Part shown: positions 1-10,992 of the stretch, in pieces
Layout: each line of letters starts with the position of its first letter
Position numbering within the stretch: the first letter of the stretch is position 1
DNA from: an uncultured Coriobacteriia bacterium
Lineage (GTDB): Bacteria; Actinomycetota; Coriobacteriia; Anaerosomatales; JAAXUF01
Direction of reading: 5' to 3'
NCBI GenBank assembly: GCA_963803785.1
Contig: CAWDNM010000006.1
Location: forward strand, 760,135-824,134
Length of the DNA: 64,000 bases
Notes under the pieces: model-generated
What the model was told of the DNA's origin: nothing
Databases searched by the model: none
What the model saw: only the letters and a program-made list of their open reading frames with translations
Program-made: the position numbers and the translations under genes

Positions 1-331
1 GCCTTGCAGCGATGCGAGACCGTCGAGCCCGTCGTGCTCGGTGATGCGCCACGTGCCCTCGGTCACGAACCCGTCTCCCCCGCTCGATCGGCCCGCATCC
101 CCCGCAGGCAGCTGATCCCATCATCGCGTTCCGACCTGCGAGCGACAAGCGGGCCTTGAGCCGCGAGTCGCGGCAGAACCAGATGGGGACTCTCCAACGG
201 AGTGCGCCATCTCACAGTCGCGGCATCATCGCTCTCAACCCTCCGCCCGCGCGTGCCGATGAATCCTCCGACAGGCATGTAAGACACGAGCGCAAAGAGC
301 GCCCATCACGATTCGAGACGCAGGGGAGCCC

Positions 332-784
332 ATGCTGATCGCAGTTCTCGAGAGCGCACGCGGTTCCATCGAGCGGGATGTCGAGTTCTCGCGCGGCATG
401 TTCACCACAGAGGGCCTTGGCGAGATCAGTATCGACGATCTGCGCCGGCTCGACGCCGCGAACCAACTGGCCTGGACCTCTGATGACATGCGCATTCTCG
501 CGCTGGGCTACTCCCCCGACTCCAGCGTCTCGCTCATCGAGAACGTCTGCCTCGCCGACACCCAGCTCCAGCTCGCGGTCGAGACCGAGGTTGTCTACGT
601 CCCGCCGCACCGCGTCGGCTCGAAGACGGAGGCCGAACTCAGGCGGATCGTCAGCGACATGAACGGGCGTGGCTGGATCCTGGTGGAGGACACGCGGATA
701 GGCGCCGCGGGCGGTCATCTCACGTTCCAGCGCGCCGAGCCGCTCGACCCCGCGATACTCGCCGCGCTGTCCTGCGCGGGGTAG
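332..784 (+). CDS. hypothetical protein
   Basis: 150-aa track ORF with ordinary composition (MLIAVLESARGSIERDVEF...GWILVEDTRIG). The overlapping ORFs in other frames are Arg/Ala/Pro-rich shadow frames. No family recognised. Confidence 0.45.
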   Translation: MLIAVLESARGSIERDVEFSRGMFTTEGLGEISIDDLRRLDAANQLAWTSDDMRILALGYSPDSSVSLIENVCLADTQLQLAVETEVVYVPPHRVGSKTEAELRRIVSDMNGRGWILVEDTRIGAAGGHLTFQRAEPLDPAILAALSCAG

Positions 785-806
785 GTCGGCGCCCGGAGGC
801 AGCGCG

Positions 807-1127
807 CTATCGCTTCACCTTGCCGCGCCACATCGCCATACCGCCCTTGACGCTGTACGCGTCGGTGAATCCGAGCGCCTTGAGCTGACGCGCGGCGGTC
901 GCACTGCGGCTGCCGCTGGCGCAGATCAGGTAGGTCTCGGCGTTCGGATCGTACTTGCCGACGCCCTCGCGGAGCCGGCCGAGGGGGATGTTGATCGCCC
1001 CCGGCACCCGGCCGCCTGAGAACTCGCTGGGCTCGCGCACGTCGATCAGCACGACCTTGCCGGCCTTGATCTTCTCGGCCAGCTCGTCGGTCGTGATCGT
1101 CTTGGTTCCCCATCCGAACATGGGCAT
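807..1127 (-). CDS. single-domain rhodanese-like sulfurtransferase
   Basis: Track ORF 807..1184(-). Rhodanese pattern VVLIDVREPSEF..GRVPGAINIP and active-site loop CASGSRS. Start placed at the internal ATG (MPMFGWG, 1127) after GAAGGG. The GTG at 1184 is an alternative. Confidence 0.8.
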   Translation of the reverse strand: MPMFGWGTKTITTDELAEKIKAGKVVLIDVREPSEFSGGRVPGAINIPLGRLREGVGKYDPNAETYLICASGSRSATAARQLKALGFTDAYSVKGGMAMWRGKVKR

Positions 1128-1438
1128 CCCTTCGCCGCAGCCCCATCGCTGATCCTCGACAGTCTGTCCCAGAACTCGGGTCACTGTCGAACCGTTCTCG
1201 CCTTCGCGACAGCTCCGAGGCCTGCCATTCGCAATCTCCCCGACGCGTTTGTCGGATGCTCAGGGCCGCTCGGCGGTCGATTGACCGCGTTCAGCGGGTG
1301 TCAGCAGCAATCTCGGGTGACGCCCCCGAGTTCCGGGAACCTACCCGTTGCGTGGCGCCTCGCCTGGCGGCACCTGCTGCATGCACTCGACGCGAGCGTC
1401 CCGTAACTGAGCGGTACTCGTGAAGGGGGCGATTCGAT

Positions 1439-2839
1439 ATGAAGAGACGCGGATTCCTTGCAGTGCTGGGCGCCGCGGTCCTGGCCTTGGCGCTGATCGC
1501 GCCAACCGCCGCGGTGGGACTTCCCAGCTGGATTCTCGACAGGAGCCTCATCGGCGTGGCGCCGGCCGCCGACTACAGACAACCTGACGTCAGTGGCAAC
1601 CATGTCGTGATGCAGCGGCGCGTTCTTCCGGCGACGCTGTACGACGTCGTCGACTGCGACCTGCGCACCGGCGCGATCACGGTGATCGGTCGTGCGGAAG
1701 GGACGTACAACGCCGACGAGCCCGCTATCGACGGCCCCTGGATCGTGTGGCAGATCGGCGCCGACATCCGGGCGAAGAACATTGCCACTGGTGTGGTGCG
1801 ACGTGTCACGAACGATGGGGCAGCGACGCCCGCCAACCTCGACCTCAATCCCCGTGTCTCCGGTGACTACGTCGTCTGGGCGAGGCAGAACGGCACGGAC
1901 TGGGACATCAAGGGCCGCAATCTCAAGACCATGTCGCCCAGCTTCTTCGTTGCAGGTGGCCCCGGGAATCAGGTGCAGCCCTCGATTCACGGCAAACGGG
2001 TCGCATACGTTGACGTGATGGGCCCCGCAGGCGGGCAGGTCAAGGTCAAGACAATTGGGGGCGGAACGAAGACGATCACGAGCATCGCGCCCAGCCTGAA
2101 CTCGCCTGACATCGGTGACCACCTGATCGTGTGGCGCGTGCCCAACACCTCCGGCAAGCAGATGTTCCGCTACTTCGACTACGACACGGGCCAGACGCAC
2201 GACGGCAAGAGCAGCACAACGGTCGACGTGATGAATCCTCAGGTCAGCGGCGACCGCATCCTCTTCGAGCATGACGTCGGGCCTACCGCGGACCTGTTCA
2301 TCGGCGACGTCCGCCTGGCTCGTTCGGGCGAGGCCGTCTTCTCCGTGCCGGACAACGCGGCCGACGAGGCCGTTGGCCGGATCGGCGGGAACACGCTCGT
2401 GTACCTCGTCAACGGCAAACCCTGGTTGGGCAAGATCGCGGTTCCGAGCCTGTCCATCAACAAGCTGCCGAAGCGAATCGCTCACGGCGGACGCATACGC
2501 TTGAAGGGCACTCTCAAGGACCAAGGGATCCCGATCGGGCATGCCGCGCTGGCGGTCGAGAAATACTCATCGGGCAAGTGGGTGAAGATCAAGACGCTCA
2601 CTACCACGGCCTCGGGCACGTACTCGTACAGGTCCGGCAAGCTCTACAGCAAGCGGAAGCTCCGCGTCGCATACGATGGCAAGTACGCGACGTCCGGGCC
2701 ACACATAGCGACGTACACTTTCGAAGGTCAGCAGCGTCAGGACGGCCTGGCCGCGCTAGAAGGCGCCCTCGGCGTCTGGCGTCACAGAGGCCCCGGCCGG
2801 AGACGGTCGGGGCCTCTCTCTTTCGCGGGTCTCCGCTAA
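1439..2839 (+). CDS. secreted repeat protein (signal peptide, beta-propeller-like repeats, Ig-like stalk); distant member of the 26-36 kb family
   Basis: Signal peptide MKRRGFLAVLGAAVLALALIAPTAAVG follows a GAAGGGGG RBS. There are six to seven repeats of the type [VI]SGD.[VI]VW / IHGKRVAY. The C-terminal stalk is GKWVKIKTLTTTASGTYSYRSGKLYSKRKLRVAYDGKY. The last ~30 codons look non-coding and run through the hairpin at 2787-2817. A +1 frame reaches TAG at 2757-2759, so the true end is probably ~2759, with an indel near 2715-2730. Confidence 0.7.
   Translation: MKRRGFLAVLGAAVLALALIAPTAAVGLPSWILDRSLIGVAPAADYRQPDVSGNHVVMQRRVLPATLYDVVDCDLRTGAITVIGRAEGTYNADEPAIDGPWIVWQIGADIRAKNIATGVVRRVTNDGAATPANLDLNPRVSGDYVVWARQNGTDWDIKGRNLKTMSPSFFVAGGPGNQVQPSIHGKRVAYVDVMGPAGGQVKVKTIGGGTKTITSIAPSLNSPDIGDHLIVWRVPNTSGKQMFRYFDYDTGQTHDGKSSTTVDVMNPQVSGDRILFEHDVGPTADLFIGDVRLARSGEAVFSVPDNAADEAVGRIGGNTLVYLVNGKPWLGKIAVPSLSINKLPKRIAHGGRIRLKGTLKDQGIPIGHAALAVEKYSSGKWVKIKTLTTTASGTYSYRSGKLYSKRKLRVAYDGKYATSGPHIATYTFEGQQRQDGLAALEGALGVWRHRGPGRRRSGPLSFAGLR
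2787..2817 (+). terminator. GC-rich hairpin terminator candidate
   Basis: AGAGGCCCCG (2787-2796) pairs with CGGGGCCTCT (2808-2817), followed by CTCTTTCG. It sits between convergent genes. Confidence 0.5.
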
Positions 2840-5800
2840 CCTACTCGGGCACCGTGTAGAAGTCGTCGGGGCCGAACTGCGGCTTGCGCGCCGTCGCCAT
2901 CGGGTCCGTCGCCCTCCGGCGTCTCGTCATGCTTGCCGAGCAGCTTCTCGCGCGCGCCTTCGAGCAGGTCGTAGGCGACCGGCACGACGATGAGCGTGAG
3001 CAGCGTCGACGTGGTCAGACCGCCGATGACGATGACGGCGAGCGACTGGCTGATGAGCGCGCCCTCGGCGAAGCCCGAGGCCAGCGGCACCAGCGCCATG
3101 ATGGTGGCGATCGCGGTCATCAGGATCGGGCGCATACGCGTCGAGCCCGCTTCGAGCAGTGAGCTCTTGCGGTCCATACCGGCGCGCTGCTTCTGCCGCA
3201 CGCGGTCCACCAGCACGATGGCGTTGGTGACGACGATACCGATGAGCATGAGCGCACCGATCATCGCCGGGATGTCGAGCGGCAGGCCGGCGACGAGGAG
3301 GCCGACAAGACCACCCACGACCGCCAGCGGCAGCGAGAACATGATGGCCAGCGGAGCGACGGCCTCGCCGAACGCGATCATGAGGACCAGGTAGACCGCG
3401 CCGATGGCGATGATCATGGCGATGCCCAGCTGCGAGAACGACTCGTTCATCTGCTCGGCGGTTCCGCCGGTCTCGGTCTTCACGCCCTGCGGCAGCTGGA
3501 GCGTGGCGACCTTCGCGTTGACGGCCTTGATGACCGAGCCGGTGTCGCGCTCGGTGATGCGGCCGCTGACTGCGGCGTACTCCTTGGCGTCGCGCGTCAG
3601 GATGGCGACCGGCGACTCGGTCTCGTTGACCGCGGCGATCTTGGAGAGCTTGATGGTCTTGCCCAGCGGCGTGTCGAGCTTGAGGTTGCGCATCTCCTCG
3701 GCCTGCTTGAGCGGGTCGAGCGCGAGTACGTAGTAGACGTCGGTGGGCTGGCCCGCGATCTTGATCGTGCCGGCCTTCTGGTCGGCCACGTAGCCGCGGA
3801 CCGTACCCGGCGATCATCGCGGCGTTCATGCCGTACTTCGCCGCCTTGGCCTGGTCCACGTCGACCACGAGCTGCTTGCGCGCGACGCCCAGGTTGCTCT
3901 TGACGTTCGCGAGTCCCGGCTCGATTGGCCAGCGCCTTCTCGATCGTGTCCGAGGCGGTCTGGATGTCGGCGAGGTTGTCGCCGGTGATGATCAGTTCGA
4001 GCGAGCGTTGGTGCCGGAAGCGTCGACCGTGTTGAACGCGATCTCGGTGTCCTTGCCGCCCAGGCCCTTCGGTCTTGTCCCGGAGCGAAGCGATCACCGT
4101 AGTCCATGTCGGCCTCGCCGTTCAGGCGGATGTAGAGCGCAGCGGTGTTGGCGCCGCCGAGACCACCGGACATGCTGACCGACGTGCTGCTCCCGCCGAC
4201 CGTCGACTGGTAGAAGTCCACGTCCTTCTCGGAGGCGAGCGCCTTCTCGATGCCGAGGACGGCCTTGTCGACCTCGGTGGCCTTGGTGCCCTCGGGGTAG
4301 GTGACCTCGACCTGGATGTACTTCTCCTTGGCCTCCGGCACGAACCCGGTGCCGATCAGGGGAACGAGCGCCAGCGAGCCGACGAACATCGCGACGGCCA
4401 CGGCGACGACGATCCAGCGGTGCGCGAGCGACCACGTCAGCCCGCGACGGTAGAGCGCCATCGGCTTGGACTCGCCCTCGGGCTCCTTGGGCATCTTGCC
4501 CTTGAGCAGGAACCACTTGGCCATGAGCGGCACCACGGTGACCGCGACCAGGAGCGACGCGAGCAGCGCGAGCGCGACCGTGATGGCGAACGGCAGGAAG
4601 ATCTTGCCGATGACGCCGGTCACGAGGCCCAGCGGCAGGAACACCGCGACCGTGGTCAGCGTGGACGTGGTGATCGCCGAGGCGACCTCACTCGTGGCCT
4701 TGCGCACCAGCTCGGCGTTGGGGGTCTCTCCGCGCTGGAGGTGCCGGAAGATGTTCTCGATGACGACGATCGAGTCGTCGACGACGCGCCCGATGGCGAC
4801 GGTCAGACCACCGAGCGTCATGACGTTCAGGGTGACGTTGGTCTGCTTGAGGAACACCATCGCGATGAGGATCGAGAGCGGGATCGAGACCGCCGCGATG
4901 ATGGTCGCGCGCCAGTTGCGCAGGAACAGCAGGATGACGATGACCGCGAACAGCGCGCCCAGAAGCCCCTCGCGCAGCATGCCGTCGACCGACGCGTTGA
5001 TGCCCTTGCTCGCGTCGTAGACGGTCTCGATCTTCGCGCCCTTGCCCGGGGAAGCCCTCGGAGACGTCGTCGAGCGCCTTGAGCACGTCGGTCGAGATGT
5101 CGACGGTGTTGGAGTCCTGCGTCTTGACGATGTCGATCAGCACCGCGTTCTTGCTGTTCGCGCGGCTGCCGACGCTGCCGTCCAGCGGCGCGTAGGTGAC
5201 CTTCGCGATGTCGCCCAGTCGCACCATCTTGATGCCGATCTTGGGCGTCGAGGAGCTCGAGCCGCCGGCCGACATGCCCGACGGCGCCGACATGCCGCCC
5301 GATGCCGCCCGACGAGCCGCCCGACGACGCGCCGGCCTGCGCCTTCATCTTGTTCTGCGACGCCGTGACCTGCTTCTGGAGACTCGCCGATCGTCCCCTG
5401 CAGACCGATGATCGCCGCCTCTCGAGTCTTGGCGATCTGGCCCTGCAGCTCGTCGTAGGCTCCGGCGTGCCGCGTCGGCATCTGCGAGGCCGCCGCCTTC
5501 AGCTGCGGCAGCACGTCGTACTTCAGTGAGTACTCCTGCGCCTGCACCTGCTGGATCCCGTTGATCAGGCCGGCCTGCATGGCGACTTCGCCCGTCGCCT
5601 GCCCGAGCTGGCCCATGCCCGTCGCCGACCGCCGCGAAGCCCTGGCCCATTCCCGAGCCCAGCGCGCCCATGCCCTTGCCGAGCGCCCCCATGCCCTTGC
5701 CGATCTGCGCGAACGCATCGCCCATGATCTTGTTCTGGTTGGGGTAGATGGCGACCTTGAAGTCCTTGATGTCGTCGACGCTCTCGATGGAGCCGCCCAC

Positions 5801-6487
5801 GCGAATCGGCTCGGTGGTCTTGCCCAGGTCGACGGTGCCCACCGGGAACGACAGGTTCGCGGCCTTGAGCTGGTCGATGACGCCCGAGGCTGTCAGGCCC
5901 TTCTTCTTGAGCTTCTTCGGGTCGAGCTCGATCTTGACGACCGCCGGCGAGTCGGCGGCGATCTTCGCCTCGCCCACGCCCTGGACGCCCTGCAGCGCCG
6001 GAATCACGCGGTCGCGCACGTCGGCGCGCAGCGCGGCCGTGTCTTCGGGCTTCTCGGCGATGACGGCGAGCTTCATGATCGGCGCGGAGCCGAAGCTGAT
6101 GCGGCTGACGGTGGGCGCGATGGTGTTCTCGGGGAGCTTGACGGTGGAGAGGACCTTGTTGACGTTGCGCTCGGCCTCGTCCATGTCCTGCGAGAAGCTG
6201 AACGACGTGATGACGATCGACACGGAGTCGTTGGACTGCGCGCTGACCTCCTCGATGCCGTCGACGCCGCGAAGCGCCTTCTCGAGCGGCTTGGTCACCT
6301 GGTCGTAGACGTCGCCGGGTGCGGCGCCGGGGTACGGGGTGACGACAGCCACGATCGGGATGGCGATGTCGGGCATCGTCTCCTTCTTGAGCTGCATGGC
6401 CGACCACAGCCCGCCTGCCGTGACGAGCACGACGAGCAGGATGACGGCGGCGGCGTTCTTGAGCGAGAAGCGGGTTATGCGGTCCAC
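2836..6487 (-). CDS. RND-superfamily efflux transporter permease, frame-disrupted as sequenced
   Basis: Minus-strand track ORFs 5345..6487, 5137..5718, 4827..5348, 4688..5293, 3826..4980, 3597..4097, 2927..3868 and 2836..3789 concatenate into one ~1200-aa RND protein. It has an N-terminal TM (FSLKNAAAVILLVVLVTAGGLW) and TM bundles with GLTVAIGRVVDDSIVVIENIF and IGALMLIGIVVTNAIVLVD. About 8-10 frame changes are needed. Confidence 0.85.
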
Positions 6488-6607
6488 GTTGCGATTCCGT
6501 TCTTCCTTGTCGGCCTTCTCGGCCGAGCGGTGCGTTGCAGAGCCACGCCGTTCGGCGGGCCGGCTGGAGCGGTGGGGCGGAGTGCGCGGGGAGCCCGCGC
6601 GGCACGG

Positions 6608-7091
6608 CTATATCTGGTTCGAGGTCATGGCCTCGATGAGCTTGTTGTGGACGGTGATCAGACTGCGGATCTCGTCCTCCGAGAGGACCGAGAGGTAGCT
6701 GCGCATGATGTCGCGCCGGTGCGTCTCTGCGGCGTGCAGCGCGTCGAGCCCCTCGGGCGTCAGCGTCACCAGCGTCACGCGACGGTCCGCTGAGTCGATG
6801 GCCCTCACGACGTAGCCTTCTCGCTCGAGCGCAGTCGACGGCAGCAGAGGCCGCGGGCGGCTTGATCGCGAGAAGCGCCGCGACCTCGCTCATCTTCGCC
6901 GAGCCGTGCGCCTCGATCATGCGCAGCAGCATCGCCTGCGGCATCGTGAGCGTCCCGGCGCATGCGTCCGGGCCGCCGTGTCGCGCGGACATGATGCGGC
7001 CCATACGCAAGATGACGTCGTCGAGCTCGTCGAGAAGGGCGTCTTCGGCGGCAGGTTTCGCGGGTTTTGTTTCGTTCATCGAAATATTCAT
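6608..7091 (-). CDS. MarR-family transcriptional regulator (one frame change near 6810-6850)
   Basis: The N-terminal part is MNISMNETKPAKP...LTMPQAMLLRMIEAHGSAKMSEVAALLAIKPPAASAAVD (within track ORF 5565..7127). The C-terminal part is DRRVTLVTLTPEGLDALHAAETHRRDIMRSYLSVLSEDE (track ORF 6608..6808). It lies directly upstream of the RND gene on the same strand. Confidence 0.8.
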
Positions 7092-7153
7092 GCGTCGAAC
7101 CATAGCGAGCGCCGTGCCAGCGGTCAAGCTGAGACGCGGTCGGTTCCTGGCGG

Positions 7154-8170
7154 CTACTCGAATACCCGCGTGAACTCGCGCCAGATGCCGTCGGCGGCCT
7201 CGCGAATCTGCACGAGCGCCTTGCGCGGCCCCCTGCGGGCGAGCCGCACGCGCGCGCCGACGTACCGCCGCAGCCGCTTGAGGTCATCTCCCCCAACCTT
7301 CGCAAGCGCCGCATCGAACCGCTCCGGGCTTACCTCGGCCTGCCCGAGCTGCCACAACGCGTCGCGGCTGTCGGTCGAGAGCGTCAGGAGCGTCTGCCCC
7401 AGCTCGCCGAGTTGCTCGCGCAGCGCGTCCACCGCCTGCAGCGACCTCGACGCGGTCCTTCTCACCGAACGAGGCGAACTCGTAGTCGAACGGCACGTTG
7501 TAGATCTTCTGACCGGCGACCACGTGCAGCTCGCAGTACACGTACTTGAACGCGAGCTGGAGGATGCCCTCCTTCTCGATGCGGCGCATCGACGTGCGCA
7601 CCGGCATGCACCGCAGGATGCGGAACTTGCCGAGCTCGGCGGCACGCTGGGCGTAGTCGTGGTCCTCGGCGAGGAGGACTTCTTCGTCGAAGCCGTTGAT
7701 GGCGTCGTGGGTCTCCTTGCGCGTGAGCATGCAGAAGCCCGGTGCGTGGGGCGAGACGTACTGCATCGTCTCGAGGTAGAAGTTCGCGACGTCGCACGCG
7801 AAGAGGTTGCCGGGCGTCGCGCTCGCACGGCTCGATGCGAGCCCCGGCGATGGTGAGTTCGCGGTCGAAGAACTCGGCGACCGCCTCCTCGATGAAGGTG
7901 GGGTCGAGATCGACGTCGGCGTCGAGGAAGAGCAGCAACTCGCTCGTCGCGACGGCGGCGCCGGCGTTACGCCCGACATGCCGGCATCCCGCCGTCGACC
8001 ACGGTCGCCCCGAGCTGCTCGGCGACTTCGCGCGTGGCGTCGGTCGAGTGCGCGTCCGCCACGACGATCTGGTCCGGAACGCGCGTCTGCGACGCGAGCT
8101 GGCCGAGAAGGTGCGGCAGCCCCTTCGCCTCGTTGAGCGCGGGGATGACGACGGTGAGCGTGTGCGGCAT
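7154..8170 (-). CDS. family 2 glycosyltransferase (about three frame changes)
   Basis: The GT2 N-terminus is LTVVIPALNEAKGLPHLLGQL (7967..8170). The DxD region is ELLLFLDADVDLDP. The next piece is CMLTRKETHDAINGFDEEVLLAEDHDYAQRAAELGKF. The tail ends at 7154 (track ORFs 7462..8211, 7284..8213, 7154..7828). Confidence 0.75.
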
Positions 8171-8302
8171 GGGTCTCCTTGGCGACGCGGATGTGGCGCC
8201 AGTCTGCGCACAACCGCTCGCTGCGGGTCAGTACGTCGGGCGGCGCCGCTGGGCTAGAATGTGCGCGGGGGTATTCGACGGCGCACGGGCGACGGGAGGC
8301 GC

Positions 8303-10056
8303 GTGGAGCAGCAGCTCATTCTCGACCGCTACCGGCCTCTCGAGGAGCTCGGCGAAGGCGGCTACGGCACGGTCGTGCTCGCGTGGGACACGCGCATGCA
8401 GCGCCGTGTCGCCATCAAGCGCATGACGCTTCCTCTCGACCACGACGGCGAGCCCGTCCACAACCCGCCCGGCCTGGCCGAGGCGCGTACCGCCGCGATG
8501 CTCAACCACCCCGCCATCGTCACCGTCTACGACTTCGAGACCGACGGCGACGAGGCGTTCATCATCATGGAGCACATCGACGGCGCGAGCCTCGAGAAGG
8601 TGCTCGACGACCTGGGCGAGCCGCTCGACCTCGACGAGACGGCCGCGGTCTTCTCGGCGGTGGCCGACGCGCTCGACTTCGCGCACGACAACGGCGTGCT
8701 GCACCTCGACATCAAGCCCGCGAACATCCTCATCAACCGGGACGGGCGCGTGAAGGTCGCCGACTTCGGCATGGCCGCGATCTCGACGGTCATGGGACAC
8801 GGCGCGAGCGTGGGCGGCACGATCGGCTACATGCCGCTCGAGCAGCTCGAGGGCATGCGCGTGAGCGAGGCGACCGACGAGTGGGCGTTCGCCGCCCTCA
8901 CCTACGAGTGCCTCACCGCCGAGAACCCCTTCGACGACGACACGCTCGAGGCCGCGATCGTGCGGCTCGAGACGCTCGACACCCCGCTGCCCAGCGAGCT
9001 CGAGCCCTCGCTGCCGCGCGCCATCGACGACGTGCTGCTGGCGGCGCTGGGCCTGCGGCCCGCGGACCGCTACCGCAGCGTGGTCGCGTTCGCCGATGCG
9101 CTCGAGCCGCACTTGGGCGATGCGCGCCTCGGCAGGGAATCGCTCGCCGAGCTGGTCGAGTCCCACACCGCCGACGACCTCGAGCACGAGGGTGCGCCCA
9201 CCTCGACCAGCTGGGCCTGTGGGACCGCCTGGGCGGGCGCACGGGCCGGATGCTGCTCGGCGTGGTGGCGGCGGTCGAGTCCGGCTGGCTGGCGTGGGCC
9301 GGTCTGTCGATGACGCGGCTCGACTTGTGGGGCGTGCTGGCGCGCAGTCGGGGCTGATCGCGATGGCAGGCCTGTTCGCGCCGACACTCGGAACGCTGCT
9401 CGGGCTTGCGGCCTTCGCGATCGGGCTGTTCGCGCAGCGGCAACTGGGTGCTCGGCGTCGTGATCTCGATCGCAGGGGCGCTCTGGTGGTGGTTCGCAGC
9501 CCGCAGACGCCCCGGTGCCGCCGTGATCCCCCTCGCCGCGCCGCTGCTCGGGGTCGCGCATCTCGCACCCATGACTCCGTTGCTCGCCGGCTTCTCGCTG
9601 CCCGTCTTCGAGGCGGCAGCGGCAGGCCTCGTTGGCGGGCTGCTCTCCGTGCTCGCCTCGGCCGCGTCGTTCGTCCCGGCGCCGTACGACTCGGTCGATC
9701 CGCGCGTGTTCGTCGACGTCGGCCGTGCGCCGCTCGTGGCCGCCTCCGTGCGTGCGGCGTTCCTCAACCCGGCGACCTACGTCGCCCTGGTCGGGTGGCT
9801 AGCCGCAGCCGCGGTGATGTCGTGGTTCTCGGCTCGTGCGACGCGGCTTTCGGCGATGATCGGGGCGGTGCTCGCGAGCCTGGTGTTCGTCGGCGCCTAC
9901 GTCCTCGCAGACCTCGTGAGCGTGGCGCTTGGCAACGGCTCGGTGTGGGTCACGACCGGGCTGACCGTCTCGGTGGTCGCGTCACTTACAATGGTCGTGC
10001 TCGTGGCGGCGCTCGGTGCGCCGGTGCGTCCGGAAGAGGACACCGAGCCGGAGTGA
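8303..10056 (+). CDS. Ser/Thr protein kinase with polytopic C-terminal membrane domain (about three frame changes after 9200)
   Basis: Hanks motifs GEGGYGTVVLAWD..VAIKR, HLDIKPANILI, DFGMA and GTIGYMPLEQ, with a GTG start at 8303 (VEQQLILDRYRPLEELG). The C-terminal TM segments LLGVVAAVESGWLAWAGL, GLFAPTLGTLLGLAAFAIGLF and VLGVVISIAGALWWWF are read from track ORFs 8179..9357, 9096..10076 and 9406..10056. Confidence 0.85.
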
Positions 10057-10065
10057 CTCCGGCTC
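10045..10065 (+). terminator. hairpin overlapping the kinase stop codon
   Basis: GAGCCGGAG-TGA-CTCCGGCTC is a perfect 9-bp stem whose 3-nt loop is the stop codon. There is no clear U-tract. Confidence 0.4.
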
Positions 10066-10085
10066 ATTCGGACTGAAGGATCATC

Positions 10086-10985
10086 TTGAGCCTGCTCTCG
10101 GACTTCGAAGATAGGGTCAGCCGCGCGGTCGAGGGCGGCTTCGCCCGCGTGTTCCGCTCGCCCGTGCAGCCCGCCGAGCTCGCCAAGGCGGTCGGCCAAG
10201 GAAGCCGACCGTGGCCGCAAGGTCGGCGTCGGCAAGGTCTACGCGCCCACGCTCTACAACGTGCTGCTCTCCCCCGAGGACGACGAGAACCTCGGCGGAT
10301 TCGCCGAGACGCTCGCCGGCGAGCTCGAGACCTACCTCGTCGGCTACGCGCGCGAGCGCTCCTACACGCTGGCCGCCCGTCCGGTCGTGCGCTTCATCGT
10401 CGACCCCGAGCTCAGGCTCGGACGCTTCGACATCATCGGCGAGCTGCTCTCCCCCGAGGAACTCGCCGAGGAGCTCGGCGAGGAGTTCGAGGACGAGACC
10501 CCGCTGCGCCCGCCGCCGATAAGGTCGGACCGTCCTCGACGCCGAGGCGGCGGCGATCGCCGAGCTGGCGGCTCTGGGCCAGCTTGGGGTCACGGACACG
10601 CCGGACGCGCAAGCTGTCGATCCCGATCATCAAGCCCGGCCTGTTCTTCGACGCCGAGGCCGAGGACTCCGACGACCTGGGCGCCCCCGCACCCGGAATC
10701 GCCACCATCACCGTGCGCGGCGTCGACCACGACGTCGTGCTGCGCGGCGACCGGATGGTCGTCGGCCGCCTGTCGAGCTGCGAGATCTGCCTGCAGGACA
10801 AGAACACCTCTCGGCAGCACGCCGCGTTCGTCAGAGGACGGCGGCGGCTGGGCGGTCGAAGACCTCGGCTCGACCAACGGCACGCTCGTCAACGGGCGGC
10901 GCGGTCGACCGCATGCACGCTTCGCGACGACGACGTCATCGTCGTCGGCATCACCGAACTCATCTACCACGAGCCGAGGGGCTGA
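10086..10985 (+). CDS. fhaA: FhaA-like FHA-domain protein (DUF3662-type N-terminus + FHA), about 4-5 frame changes
   Basis: The N-terminus is MSLLSDFEDRVSRAVEGGFARVFRSPVQPAELAK. The middle is LYNVLLSPEDDENLGGFAETLAGELETYLVGYARERSYTLAARPVVRF. The FHA core is [39 protein letters not shown]. Position immediately upstream of fhaB-pstP-rodA-pbpA-pknB. Confidence 0.8.
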   Translation: MSLLSDFEDRVSRAVEGGFARVFRSPVQPAELAKAVGQGSRPWPQGRRRQGLRAHALQRAALPRGRREPRRIRRDARRRARDLPRRLRARALLHAGRPSGRALHRRPRAQARTLRHHRRAALPRGTRRGARRGVRGRDPAAPAADKVGPSSTPRRRRSPSWRLWASLGSRTRRTRKLSIPIIKPGLFFDAEAEDSDDLGAPAPGIATITVRGVDHDVVLRGDRMVVGRLSSCEICLQDKNTSRQHAAFVRGRRRLGGRRPRLDQRHARQRAARSTACTLRDDDVIVVGITELIYHEPRG

Positions 10986-10992
10986 GCCCGAC

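Noticed and set aside
1301-2542. Long ORFs antisense to, or offset from, recognised genes. Examples: 1301..2542(-), 4075..5082(+), 5561..6793(+), 8228..9568(-), 20855..21526(-), 21648..22874(-), 50830..51867(+), 52090..52800(-) and 24737..25450(+).
   Set aside because: Their translations are dominated by Arg, Ala, Gly, Pro, His and Asp runs with no motifs. Each overlaps a frame that carries clear family signatures. These are typical shadow ORFs of high-GC DNA.
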